Program-made: the position numbers and the translations under genes
From: Savitreella phatthalungensis
Lineage: Eukaryota
NCBI GenBank assembly: GCA_051599415.1
Contig: AP039693.1
Span: 124,001 to 188,000 of the forward strand
Length of the DNA: 64,000 bases
Reading direction: 5' to 3'
In this document: positions 55,531-64,000 of the stretch, piece by piece
Layout: each line of letters opens with the position of its first letter
Position numbering within the stretch: the stretch's first letter is position 1
Notes under the pieces: generated by a model
Database searches by the model: none
Told to the model about the DNA's origin: nothing
What the model saw: the letters and a program-made list of their open reading frames with translations, nothing else

Positions 55531-56805
55531 CTATGTAAGGTGCCCATTGGTTTTGGTGGTGTGAGTCCTGCGGTGTGCTGGCGTGGAGGTGGTTGTGGAA
55601 GTAGATGCGTGAGTTGTGGGTACGGTTTTGGTGATACCGTTGGTGATTGGTTGTTGGTCGGTATCGGAGTCTTCGGAGTCTGAGCGTGAATCGTCCGCGC
55701 CTCTGCCTGTGAGGACGCCGAGGAGGACTCTGACAATTGCGGCTGACCAGACACAGATGACGAGCTCGAGTGCCGAGAGAAGGTAGACAAAGATCCAGGT
55801 CTGGTTCCGACCGTCCTTGACGAAGGGTCTGTGGATGTGGATCTTGTAGATGATCCGGCCGAGGAGGTAGTGGCGAGTGACGAGCCAGGAGATGAGGAAG
55901 CCGACAAAGGCGGCATCGCACGCACGCTGAAGCTTCGCGTACTTGAGCAGCTTGGCGAGCGGGAGGAGGATGTCTGCAAAGTCCATGAGGGTGAGGATGG
56001 CGTGGCCGACGCGGGTCGTGTGCCATGCCCAAGAGAGGTAGAGGAGTGAGCAGGTGAGGAGGTGGTGTCCGAACATCTGGACATAGTCCTTCCTATGCGA
56101 CTCGACATTCAGAGCGACCACCTGCTGCAGCCAGAAGCTGAACTCGACTAGGTAGTAGAGTTTCATGACTGGTGTCACTCGCGACTCGCTGCTGTATTCC
56201 ATCATTGCCACAATGTCGTTATAGTACGGCGACCGCCAGAGCAGGTACAGCCCTGCGGACCACGACGTCGCAGCGTATGTCAAACCCCACGCCTGCTCTG
56301 CGAACCGGGCGACGATCCGACCGCTTCGGACACCCACAAGCCGAGACGCAGGCGCAAACACGTGCTCCAGGCACGCCGCACGCACAAACGTAAACACCAC
56401 CACCATCGTCCCCACAAACAACACGTCTCCTTCCCCCTTCCCGCACAAACCCTGAGCGCGATCAAACGGCCCATCCCCACCACGGAACCCTATCCGCGTC
56501 AGCCACTCGGGGACGTCGCAGTAGGAAAGCCCGAAGCACATGTCGGTGTACCGGCGTGCAGCAGGCACGAACAGGTGGAGACCAGAGAGTACCATGAGAA
56601 TACTTGCAGAACAGACTAGGGAGAAGGAAGTCAGTATGAATGCGCGGGATCTGCGTGTAACATTGGTCACACATGATTTGACCTTACCAATCTGCAGGTT
56701 GTTGCTCTTGTGGAAGTCCTTCAGGTCGAATCCATCAGAAACAGTATGCTTAGACTTTTGATCATCTCGCCGCCGCCGACGTTTTGACGCGGCGTTTGTG
56801 GTCAT
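55531..56805 (-). CDS. Ceramide synthase (Lag1/Lac1 TLC family); probable 72-nt intron
   Basis: Lag1p motif RKDYVQMFGHH...RVGHAILTLMDFADILLPLAKLLKY, RFAEQAW and acidic DDSRSDSED tail. Intron 56687-56616 (GTAAGG..CTGAC..TAG). Confidence 0.9.
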   Translation of the reverse strand: MTTNAASKRRRRRDDQKSKHTVSDGFDLKDFHKSNNLQIGKVKSCVTNVTRRSRAFILTSFSLVCSASILMVLSGLHLFVPAARRYTDMCFGLSYCDVPEWLTRIGFRGGDGPFDRAQGLCGKGEGDVLFVGTMVVVFTFVRAACLEHVFAPASRLVGVRSGRIVARFAEQAWGLTYAATSWSAGLYLLWRSPYYNDIVAMMEYSSESRVTPVMKLYYLVEFSFWLQQVVALNVESHRKDYVQMFGHHLLTCSLLYLSWAWHTTRVGHAILTLMDFADILLPLAKLLKYAKLQRACDAAFVGFLISWLVTRHYLLGRIIYKIHIHRPFVKDGRNQTWIFVYLLSALELVICVWSAAIVRVLLGVLTGRGADDSRSDSEDSDTDQQPITNGITKTVPTTHASTSTTTSTPAHRRTHTTKTNGHLT

Positions 56806-57060
56806 GGAGTGTGTAGTTAGGAAGGTGTGAGTTTTTGATGGGCGATCAGAGACTCGATTAGGTTGAGGAGATTCCCCCGATACCAATGAGCCGGGATGAA
56901 GTGAAGTGTTTGATGTGCTCGTGCCTGTTGACTGGTCACTCTGTTTGGAGAACGTGGTATAGAGTGCAGTACAATGGTCCGTTCAAGTTGTAGTATGTTT
57001 ACGCGTCGATGATGTTCATTGCTCGATAGAGCCGTTGCGTGACCTGCTGCACTCACTCGT

Positions 57061-57120
57061 TACAGTATACGTTCTACTGTACTGTACTGGACTGCACTGT
57101 AGTGTACTGCACTGTCCTGT
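57061..57120. repeat. Degenerate (ACTGT)n pentamer tandem in the divergent ceramide synthase/TCD promoter
   Basis: tactgtactgtactggactgcactgtagtgtactgcactgtcctgt. Confidence 0.65.
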
Positions 57121-57401
57121 GCTCGACGTACGTTACACTCGCTGCCTACCAATTGCGGCTGCTCGGCGGATGAAGTCAAATTGTCAAATTAGCTCAGTTG
57201 CAGATCACAAGCAAACAAAGAGAAAAAAGGTTTGAATGCACAAAAGTACAACATCAAGCTCTACCTCGACGGCTAACACCTCTCTCTGCAAGTCGAGACG
57301 ATACGTGGTTCAGGTTTTCTGCGGTGGCGACTTGCTCTCGTCATCTAGCTTGTATACCAATTACTCGTCTGCGCTCTTACACACGCATGCGTTGCGTCTA
57401 G

Positions 57402-58844
57402 ATGGATCTTCTTGAGCGGCTCGGGGAGTTTGCTCGGTCTGAACATGGGCGACTAGCCCTTTGGTGTGCTGGTGCGTCTGCTGCGACTGCGATCGGTTTG
57501 CTTGGAGTGCAGTCTGTGTCGCGGTCAGCACGGACTGACAAGTTGCGTGCAGAGGCGAACATACAGGCCGGTGTTGCCGTGTACGACCACCGTACCACAT
57601 CCTTGTCAGCCAATGGGGCACCGGTCAGGAAGGACAGACCTGCGATGGACGAGTCGCTGATCCGCGAACAGCTCTCCCGGAACTACATCTTCTTCGGGGA
57701 CGAAGGTGTCGACAAGATCAGGAAGTCGTTCATCGTCGTTGTCGGAGTCGGCGGCGTGGGCTCGTGGACGGCAACAATGCTCGTCCGCGCGGGTGTCGGA
57801 AAAGTCAGGATTATCGACTTTGATCAGGTGACGCTGTCGTCGCTCAATAGACACGCGTGTGCGACACTCGACGATGTAGGAACGTCCAAGGTCGGCTGTC
57901 TTCAGCGGTACCTTCACCGGGTTGCCCCGTGGGTCGAGATCGACTGCCGGAACGAGCTGTTCCGGAAGGAGGATGCTGCCGAGCTGCTGGCACCGTGGAC
58001 CGGCGCAGATGACCGCAGGCCGGACTTTGTCGTGGACGCGATCGACAATATAGACACAAAGGCAGACCTGCTCGCGTACTGCCACACACACAAGATCAAA
58101 GTGGTTGCGAGCATGGGAGCAGGCTGCAAAGCTGACCCTACCAGAGTTCTTCTGAACGATATCTCCATGACCACAGACGACCCCTTGTCACGCCAGACAC
58201 GGCGGCATCTCCGTCTACGCGGCATTTCACACGGCATTCCCACAGTCTACAGCGTCGAGCGGATAGGTCCGGGTAAGGCGTCTCTTCGACCGCCAGATGA
58301 GGCGGCCGTGGCTGCAGCCGGAGGAAAAATCGACGAGTTTGGAATTTTGCCGAATTTCAGAGCAGGTGTGCTGCCTGTGCTGGGGACGATGCCTGCGGTG
58401 TTTGGGCTTGTGCTGGCGACGTACGTGCTCACGCAGGTCGGAGAGTACCCAGTTGATCACGCTGAGGCAAAGGAGCGGGATGGACTGTACGACAAGGCTC
58501 TCCAGGACCTGACAAATCAGCACCAGCGTCTGAACAAGACGCTCGACAACACGGGCTTCTTCGCAGCAGATATGAGCGCCGTTATCGAAGAAGCCGCAAA
58601 GGGCAGAAGTGTAATACCACCGTTCCATGGTACACGTCTCTCCGTCACAAAACTCGATCATGACAGACCACTCACCTTTGACAATCTCCTCGTCCTCCAC
58701 AAGAACGAAGCTCAGAAGCACGAGGCCAATGTGCTCAAACAAGGATTACCATTGAGCAGTTACTACGATGAGGAAGCGCTCGCAGCCATTGACAAGTATC
58801 GCGTCCGGCTGAAAGAGCTGGAGCGGTGGCGAGAGATCTTGTAA
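57402..58844 (+). CDS. tRNA threonylcarbamoyladenosine dehydratase (ThiF/E1-like, Tcd1/Tcd2)
   Basis: N-terminal transmembrane segment, EQLSRNYIFFG, VVGVGGVGSW, IDFDQVTLSSLNRH, DAIDNIDTK, SMGAGCKADPT and LPVLGTMPAVFG. Confidence 0.9.
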   Translation: MDLLERLGEFARSEHGRLALWCAGASAATAIGLLGVQSVSRSARTDKLRAEANIQAGVAVYDHRTTSLSANGAPVRKDRPAMDESLIREQLSRNYIFFGDEGVDKIRKSFIVVVGVGGVGSWTATMLVRAGVGKVRIIDFDQVTLSSLNRHACATLDDVGTSKVGCLQRYLHRVAPWVEIDCRNELFRKEDAAELLAPWTGADDRRPDFVVDAIDNIDTKADLLAYCHTHKIKVVASMGAGCKADPTRVLLNDISMTTDDPLSRQTRRHLRLRGISHGIPTVYSVERIGPGKASLRPPDEAAVAAAGGKIDEFGILPNFRAGVLPVLGTMPAVFGLVLATYVLTQVGEYPVDHAEAKERDGLYDKALQDLTNQHQRLNKTLDNTGFFAADMSAVIEEAAKGRSVIPPFHGTRLSVTKLDHDRPLTFDNLLVLHKNEAQKHEANVLKQGLPLSSYYDEEALAAIDKYRVRLKELERWREIL

Positions 58845-58915
58845 AGCCTAGCATATCAGCATCTATGAGTATATACAGAAGATTTAGGAGCAGATAGCTG
58901 TCCTCATGGAGGGTC

Positions 58916-59551
58916 TCAACGCTTGAGCGCATCGATCTGTGCTTGTAGTGCTTGGATGTGCGGGGTGATCATGCGCTCGATGTACTTGCCGACTTGATCG
59001 ACTTCGACGTTGACAGGTTCACCCTTTTGCTTTGTGCCGAGAGTTATTTTCTCCTGCGTGTAGGTGATGAGCATGACTGAGAAGGTTGCATCGTCGACGT
59101 GGGTGACTGTAAGGGATGCTCCGTCGAGACAGATGTACCCTTTCTCGACCACGTACTTGAGGATCTCCCTGTCTCGAGGCTCGAACGTCAGCGCGACAGC
59201 CTCGCCATCAGGCCTCCTGTCCGTGATCGTCGCGACAGTGTCCACGTGACCCTGGACCAGGTGTCCGCCCATCCGGGTAGACGCCTTGCACGCCCGCTCC
59301 AGGTTCACCGCATCACCGGTCTTCAGCGCACCCAGGCATGTCCGACGAAGCGTCTCCGGCGCAACCCCGAACGTACACCGCCGCCGGTCGTCTGTGAAAC
59401 TCGTGACCGTCAAGCATGTGCCGTTCACAGCGATACTGTCGCCAAGCGCAACGTCGTCAAGCACAGGTCCAGCTTCGACTGACAGAATACAGCCATCGGC
59501 GTTGTCGACCCGCTCTACCTTGCCAAGGTGTTCCACGAGGCCAGTGAACAT
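58916..59551 (-). CDS. RIB5: Riboflavin synthase
   Basis: MFTGLVE start, GDSIAVNGTCLTV, VNLERA, GGHLVQGHVD, KGYICLDGASLTV and VNVEVD. Confidence 0.96.
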   Translation of the reverse strand: MFTGLVEHLGKVERVDNADGCILSVEAGPVLDDVALGDSIAVNGTCLTVTSFTDDRRRCTFGVAPETLRRTCLGALKTGDAVNLERACKASTRMGGHLVQGHVDTVATITDRRPDGEAVALTFEPRDREILKYVVEKGYICLDGASLTVTHVDDATFSVMLITYTQEKITLGTKQKGEPVNVEVDQVGKYIERMITPHIQALQAQIDALKR

Positions 59552-60886
59552 GATAAGTATGGAAACGATTGGTCAGTGAGGACGACGTACTGTGCTATAT
59601 TGAAGTTGTGGTGGTAGTATGGGTGCATACCTATGAGGATGGTGTGGAGTATGTGAGATTACTTGATGGATCACGTGCTCATATTGATTCAGTGGACATT
59701 AGCGGTCACGAGATAATTATGGAATCACATATGTGATCGAAGTATGAGAGAGAAACACAGGCAGCCCAGTGGTTTCACTGACACCGCTAGTTTCACATCG
59801 CAGCAATTGTGTGAAGCATGTCTCTCGGTGGATCCGCTGAGCGAAAGGTGTTCTGCTGTGTATGATCTGTTGCACTGTGTCAAGACGTTAGACTCCATCA
59901 CACGAGAGTTTGTCCTTACCCATGCACAGACAACGCTTGCCTATCATTGCTCATGTGTTTGGAAACATTGCATTCGTCATTTACGTGCTGACCATGAGAC
60001 CTGCGCATGTGGAGATGGTGTAGTATGTTGTTGCAGTCACGAGATAGACAAATGTTCTGTTCGTTAGAGCACATGTAGTCCTCGCCGTCGCTCAACAACG
60101 CTCTTCCAGATTAATATTTGTGTGGCGCACTGGAATGGCCGAATCCTGGCTATACTGGCTCGGAAACTGAGTTGAGTTATGATATACGAAGACTATGAGC
60201 ATTTGGGGAACTTGACGTTCCGTCGATTGATTGCGCTCCATTCGAGCCCATATGGAGAATAGCTCGGAGAACTCTTTGCGATTGAGTCAAGCGGAGAATC
60301 GGTCTTCATGAAACAAGGTGTTAGAGTATGCGTCACTCAATAAGACCTTACAGTATATGCACGGTCCTACTGTCGAGCATCGATGCCCTCTAGCGCATTG
60401 CGTATAACATGTTCTAATTCAAGAATGTATCTGGGGTTGAATACCATGAGGTGAGTACCCTAAGGACAATCAAAATCGGCCAATCCGATAGCTTGGTATT
60501 ACTGTTGATTGGATACCGAAAACAGCAGCATATACATACAACACACCATATGCAACACTGAACCTATTCTTCACTGCTACACGATAACCCCTCCTCAAAG
60601 CCACATCCTGGCGATGAACAAGTGAACGATCATCTGATTGATTGATCCTCTCCATTCAAGCTATCAATGTCTTCATGTTTCCCATCGCGAGCGGTTCGCG
60701 ACCTCGGAAACAGTCTTTGAACCCAACCCTACACCGCCAATCTCTGAAACAAAGGCCCTTCGTCTGTTATATCACAGTTGTCCTAACAACTCTGCTGTTA
60801 TCCGTTCGCCAGCGTTTCTTTCCCCCCATAAAAGTCTCTCGCTCTTCAGCAAACGTCCACAGTATCACAAAACCTACACGTTCAAC

Positions 60887-61945
60887 ATGGTCTATCAGGT
60901 TTATCCCGTGCCTTTCATCTCACGACAAGAAGTTGACCTGAATATCTGCACTCCTGAACAGCGCGATCTCCTCTGGAAGCAATGTCGCGTCTTCAACAAT
61001 TTCCAAAGGGACCTCGCCGACGAGTGCGAATACTGGGAACAATTCGAGCTTATTTTCACGACGAAGATGGCTGAACGGTTGAAATTGGCCAAGCAGCGAA
61101 AGACCGAGATTGACGCTCACCCTCTCGGCATGGACATCGTCTTCGATCTGTGCGACAGGACACGTCTCGTGAATGAACGGCGCCTCCTGCCGACTGCGGC
61201 CAATAATTTTCTTTTGGAACCTCACGAGAGGTATAGCGACGACCTCGAAATCGACAAGTTCGGCATCACAGTGACGCGGCCCGGCAACGACATTGTCAAA
61301 ATTGACTTTGAGACTCATGCTACCGACTCCGAACTCCTGGGAAACGAGAGGATGGCCACGGAATTAATCCACACTGTGGGCAAGAGGTTTTACGGCGATG
61401 ACAGCATTATTCAATCAATTTCGATCAGGACGGAGAACAAGAAGAGCGCGCGCGAGCTCTTCCTCGCCCTTGATGAGAAATATGGTCGTGAACATCTCAG
61501 GCTGGTAAAGGAATCGAATGAGAAGGGCGAGCCCTCACAGTTGTCTTCAAGGAGCAACAGCATTCCCTGTGTTGGTGAAACATATGCAGAGAAGGCTTTC
61601 TACGTCGGGCTGGCGCAACTGCAAGGTCGATACAGGAGCATCTTGGGCAGCACGAAAGTCCGAGGAAATTGTGCCAAGGATCTCGTAGACTACGTCAAGT
61701 ATTTCGAGAGGGTCGTCAAGAGGCTGCGAGACACGGAAAAGACTGGTAAATTGGCAAGGACGTCAGAGTCCAAGCTCGCAACTTGGCTTCTCAGAGGCAT
61801 TCCTAATGACATTGAGGAAACTAAACAGGAATGGTGCTGTTACCTGGAGGAAATCGCAGATGACAATGGGAATGATGTCTATCGATTGCTGCTCGAAATG
61901 GTGCTTGAGTTCGCCGAAGAGAACGCGGGTGGCTACATCTACTGA
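60887..61945 (+). CDS. Ty1/copia Gag-like (Retrotran_gag_2/UBN2-type capsid) protein, stand-alone
   Basis: Uninterrupted 352-aa ORF. KSARELFLALDEKYG, DLVDYVKYFERVVKRL, SESKLATWLLRGIPNDIE and YRLLLEMVLEF follow the order of copia Gag helices. No CCHC knuckle, pol or paired LTRs seen. Confidence 0.6.
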   Translation: MVYQVYPVPFISRQEVDLNICTPEQRDLLWKQCRVFNNFQRDLADECEYWEQFELIFTTKMAERLKLAKQRKTEIDAHPLGMDIVFDLCDRTRLVNERRLLPTAANNFLLEPHERYSDDLEIDKFGITVTRPGNDIVKIDFETHATDSELLGNERMATELIHTVGKRFYGDDSIIQSISIRTENKKSARELFLALDEKYGREHLRLVKESNEKGEPSQLSSRSNSIPCVGETYAEKAFYVGLAQLQGRYRSILGSTKVRGNCAKDLVDYVKYFERVVKRLRDTEKTGKLARTSESKLATWLLRGIPNDIEETKQEWCCYLEEIADDNGNDVYRLLLEMVLEFAEENAGGYIY

Positions 61946-62542
61946 GTACGACATCCAAATGACCCATAGCCGACGGAGAGCACAAATATGGTCGTAGCCA
62001 ATTTGATCGCACCGAGGCGATGGTTTTCGTCATGTGCGGAAAATTCGTTGAGAGATTTACCATCACTAGGACCAGCCGGCAAAGTTCTCATCATGTCTCA
62101 CAACAAGGAGTCTTGGCGAACCAGACACACCAAGACGTTCTGTACTCGCTTGACGCCCTGCTCAATCACTTTCTAGGTATCTTGTCATGATCGTGGAAGC
62201 AGTTCGATGTCTTCCGTTGGCATTGGCTCAAATGCCTTACACAAGCGCTCACATCGACGCCATGGCGGAGATAAGGTTCTTAGGATCGTCACCCCACAAA
62301 CGGCTCCACCTGCATCAACTCACCATGACTGAGTAAGTGGAAGATCCGCCTCACTCCGCTAGCATCAACGCAGCAAGCGACCAAACTCACTGTCACAGGT
62401 CTCTGGGTGAGCTAAAGCATCTCACCTCTTAGTGACGCGACGTTGTCGTCATCATCACACTTGACACTCTCTCGATCAGTCACTCAACCATCCTTTTTAG
62501 CACTCTCAACTGATTTGACATTCTACCTTCTCTTCCGCAACC

Positions 62543-63406
62543 ATGCTGCGATACACCTCAAACAACGACGTCCGATCTCCTCGCCGGGTTGGTGGCACAC
62601 ATCGATCTTCGACGAGTGCTGTATCGCTTGACGATGCATCACTACGTCGTTTGTGGCAGTCCTCTGAGGCTGACCCCTTGACTCCTACGTCGCAAGTCCC
62701 GGCACGTGCACTGTCGCAGACGGTGCCCTTGACGACACCGGTTCGGTGTGTGAGTGCTCGGGAGCGATCGATGTCGATGCCGTCGTCGCGTGCAGGTGTG
62801 GTGACACAGCGTCCGCTCGATGGTGGTGCTCTGTCGTTCTACCCACCGTCACAGCAGGTGACCGCGTTCGGGCACATCAATACACAGAACCTCCCACACG
62901 ACACCGCAGACGACATCGTCTTTGTCATCAAGTCCTTCACAGAGGCCGATGTGGCAGCATCTGTGTTGTACGAGGTATGGAGTAGCAACGAGGTTGGCAA
63001 TTGGCGACTTGATCGTGCTTGGCGTGAGGGTTTGGGTTGGAGACGTACGTGGTTGGCGTTTTCAGTGAATGGGTCTGGTAGGTTTTGTGGGGTTGCTGAG
63101 TTGGTCGGTGGGTTGGAGGATGGGACGCTGGTAGGCGTGTGGGAGAGGGCTGGCGGGAGGGTGTGGGAAGGGCATTTCAGGGTGAGGTGGCATACCGTGG
63201 TCGATTTGCCTACCACCGAGCTCACCCACATCCAAATCGATGGACCCACTCCAAGGACGATCGCAAGGGCTAGAGATACTCACAGGCTCGAAGGCAGATC
63301 CGCACAGCAACTCCTTGATGCATTCCGAATTGCAAGACTACGTCCACCCTTTATCGACAATCTACTCGATCGTCATATCGATTACCTGACCTACTTCCCA
63401 CGCTGA
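62543..63406 (+). CDS. YTH-domain RNA-binding protein (YTHDF/Pho92-like)
   Basis: FVIKSFTEADV, VWSSN..GN.RLD.A, FSVNGSGRFCGVAE, VW...VWEGHFRVRW and ARDT. Confidence 0.88.
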   Translation: MLRYTSNNDVRSPRRVGGTHRSSTSAVSLDDASLRRLWQSSEADPLTPTSQVPARALSQTVPLTTPVRCVSARERSMSMPSSRAGVVTQRPLDGGALSFYPPSQQVTAFGHINTQNLPHDTADDIVFVIKSFTEADVAASVLYEVWSSNEVGNWRLDRAWREGLGWRRTWLAFSVNGSGRFCGVAELVGGLEDGTLVGVWERAGGRVWEGHFRVRWHTVVDLPTTELTHIQIDGPTPRTIARARDTHRLEGRSAQQLLDAFRIARLRPPFIDNLLDRHIDYLTYFPR

Positions 63407-63472
63407 GACCTTCATTCGTTTTCAAAAGTTCTACGTATAGCATATCATATTCCGTATACAGGTGTGGCGATT

Positions 63473-64000
63473 TTATTGTAAAACTCTTGGTTTGACGTCT
63501 ATTTCGACTTTGCCTTGTTTGATAGTGGCGTTAAAGTTATCTTGGAAGATTGGCCTCCTGTGACTCCACCAGAGTGCTCCCCTGTGCTGGACGACGGCCG
63601 TCTGTGGTTTGGGCTTTGACGGTGAGGGTGCTTCGGCGGTGGCGTGGGTGGTTCCGAGGGTATCGACGTAGCCGATCGCTTTCGCTCGGAGGCTCGACAC
63701 CTCGTCACGCCAGACCGACATGACATGCGTCCAGGACGAGTGGAGGTAGTCGACTGCTACCTGCGCCTGCGCCTGCACGTTCGGGTTGAGTGCGTCCGTG
63801 AGCGGGAGGGCGAAATAGGAGCCTGGGTCGAGCGAGAAGTAGGTGGTGGGTGAGAGGGACGAGAAGTTGAGGAGGTCGACTGTGCAGAGTCCTGTGCGGG
63901 AGGCAGTGGTGTTGGTCGTGAGATTGGTGTCGTTGTTGCCAGGCCGAGGGAACTCGTCGTCGACAATGTCAAAGCCAGGGAGGAGAGTAGCGAAACCAGC
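63473..64000 (-). CDS. 3' end of a hypothetical protein (partial), possibly secreted or lumenal
   Basis: Frame is open from 64000 to the stop at 63473 (176 codons: AGFATLLPGFDIVDDEFPRPGNNDTNLTTNTT...KPRVLQ). Several N-x-S/T sequons. Confidence 0.6.
   Translation of the reverse strand, partial: AGFATLLPGFDIVDDEFPRPGNNDTNLTTNTTASRTGLCTVDLLNFSSLSPTTYFSLDPGSYFALPLTDALNPNVQAQAQVAVDYLHSSWTHVMSVWRDEVSSLRAKAIGYVDTLGTTHATAEAPSPSKPKPQTAVVQHRGALWWSHRRPIFQDNFNATIKQGKVEIDVKPRVLQ

Noticed and set aside
55478..56108. 184-aa and 199-aa alternative-frame ORFs overlapping the ceramide synthase 3' half
   Set aside because: GC-rich off-frame readings with low complexity; the Lag1 motif lies in the main frame.
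59744..60067. Cys-rich 107-aa ORF upstream of the Gag-like gene
   Set aside because: The cysteines come from TG-rich intergenic composition; no recognisable Zn-finger spacing or coding bias.
59600..62500. Complete LTR retrotransposon around the Gag-like ORF
   Set aside because: No direct-repeat pair, polypurine tract or pol fragments could be found by eye on either side.

Overview
Gene-dense, intron-poor fungal (ascomycete) chromosomal segment. Short GT-AG introns with CTRAC branch points and a Red1-like gene suggest a Taphrinomycotina-type yeast-like fungus (inference). About 30 protein-coding genes are supported, mostly housekeeping: REP/MRS6, AHA1, TGL1-type lipase, cytochrome b5-acyl-CoA dehydrogenase, zf-C3H1/Red1-like, SAM carrier, myosin II, ABC1 kinase, PGA2, CSR1, PAP2, SEC3, Pol eta, FMC1, eIF3g, NAR1, OCH1, ceramide synthase, TCD, RIB5 and a YTH protein. 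Several are spliced and are wrong or missing in the ORF track. The main non-routine signals are four. (1) An intact, stand-alone Ty1/copia-type Gag capsid ORF (60887-61945) with no pol, zinc knuckle or visible LTR pair, a candidate domesticated Gag lying just upstream of a YTH m6A-reader-type gene. (2) An 812-bp non-autonomous DNA transposon (39998-40809) with 43-bp TIRs and a perfect 9-bp TSD. (3) A three-exon, 76-aa Tyr/Gly/Ser/Asn-rich microprotein gene. (4) A CNH-like propeller-only gene. No tRNA, rRNA or CRISPR was recognised. All family assignments come from motif recognition by eye, not from database searches.
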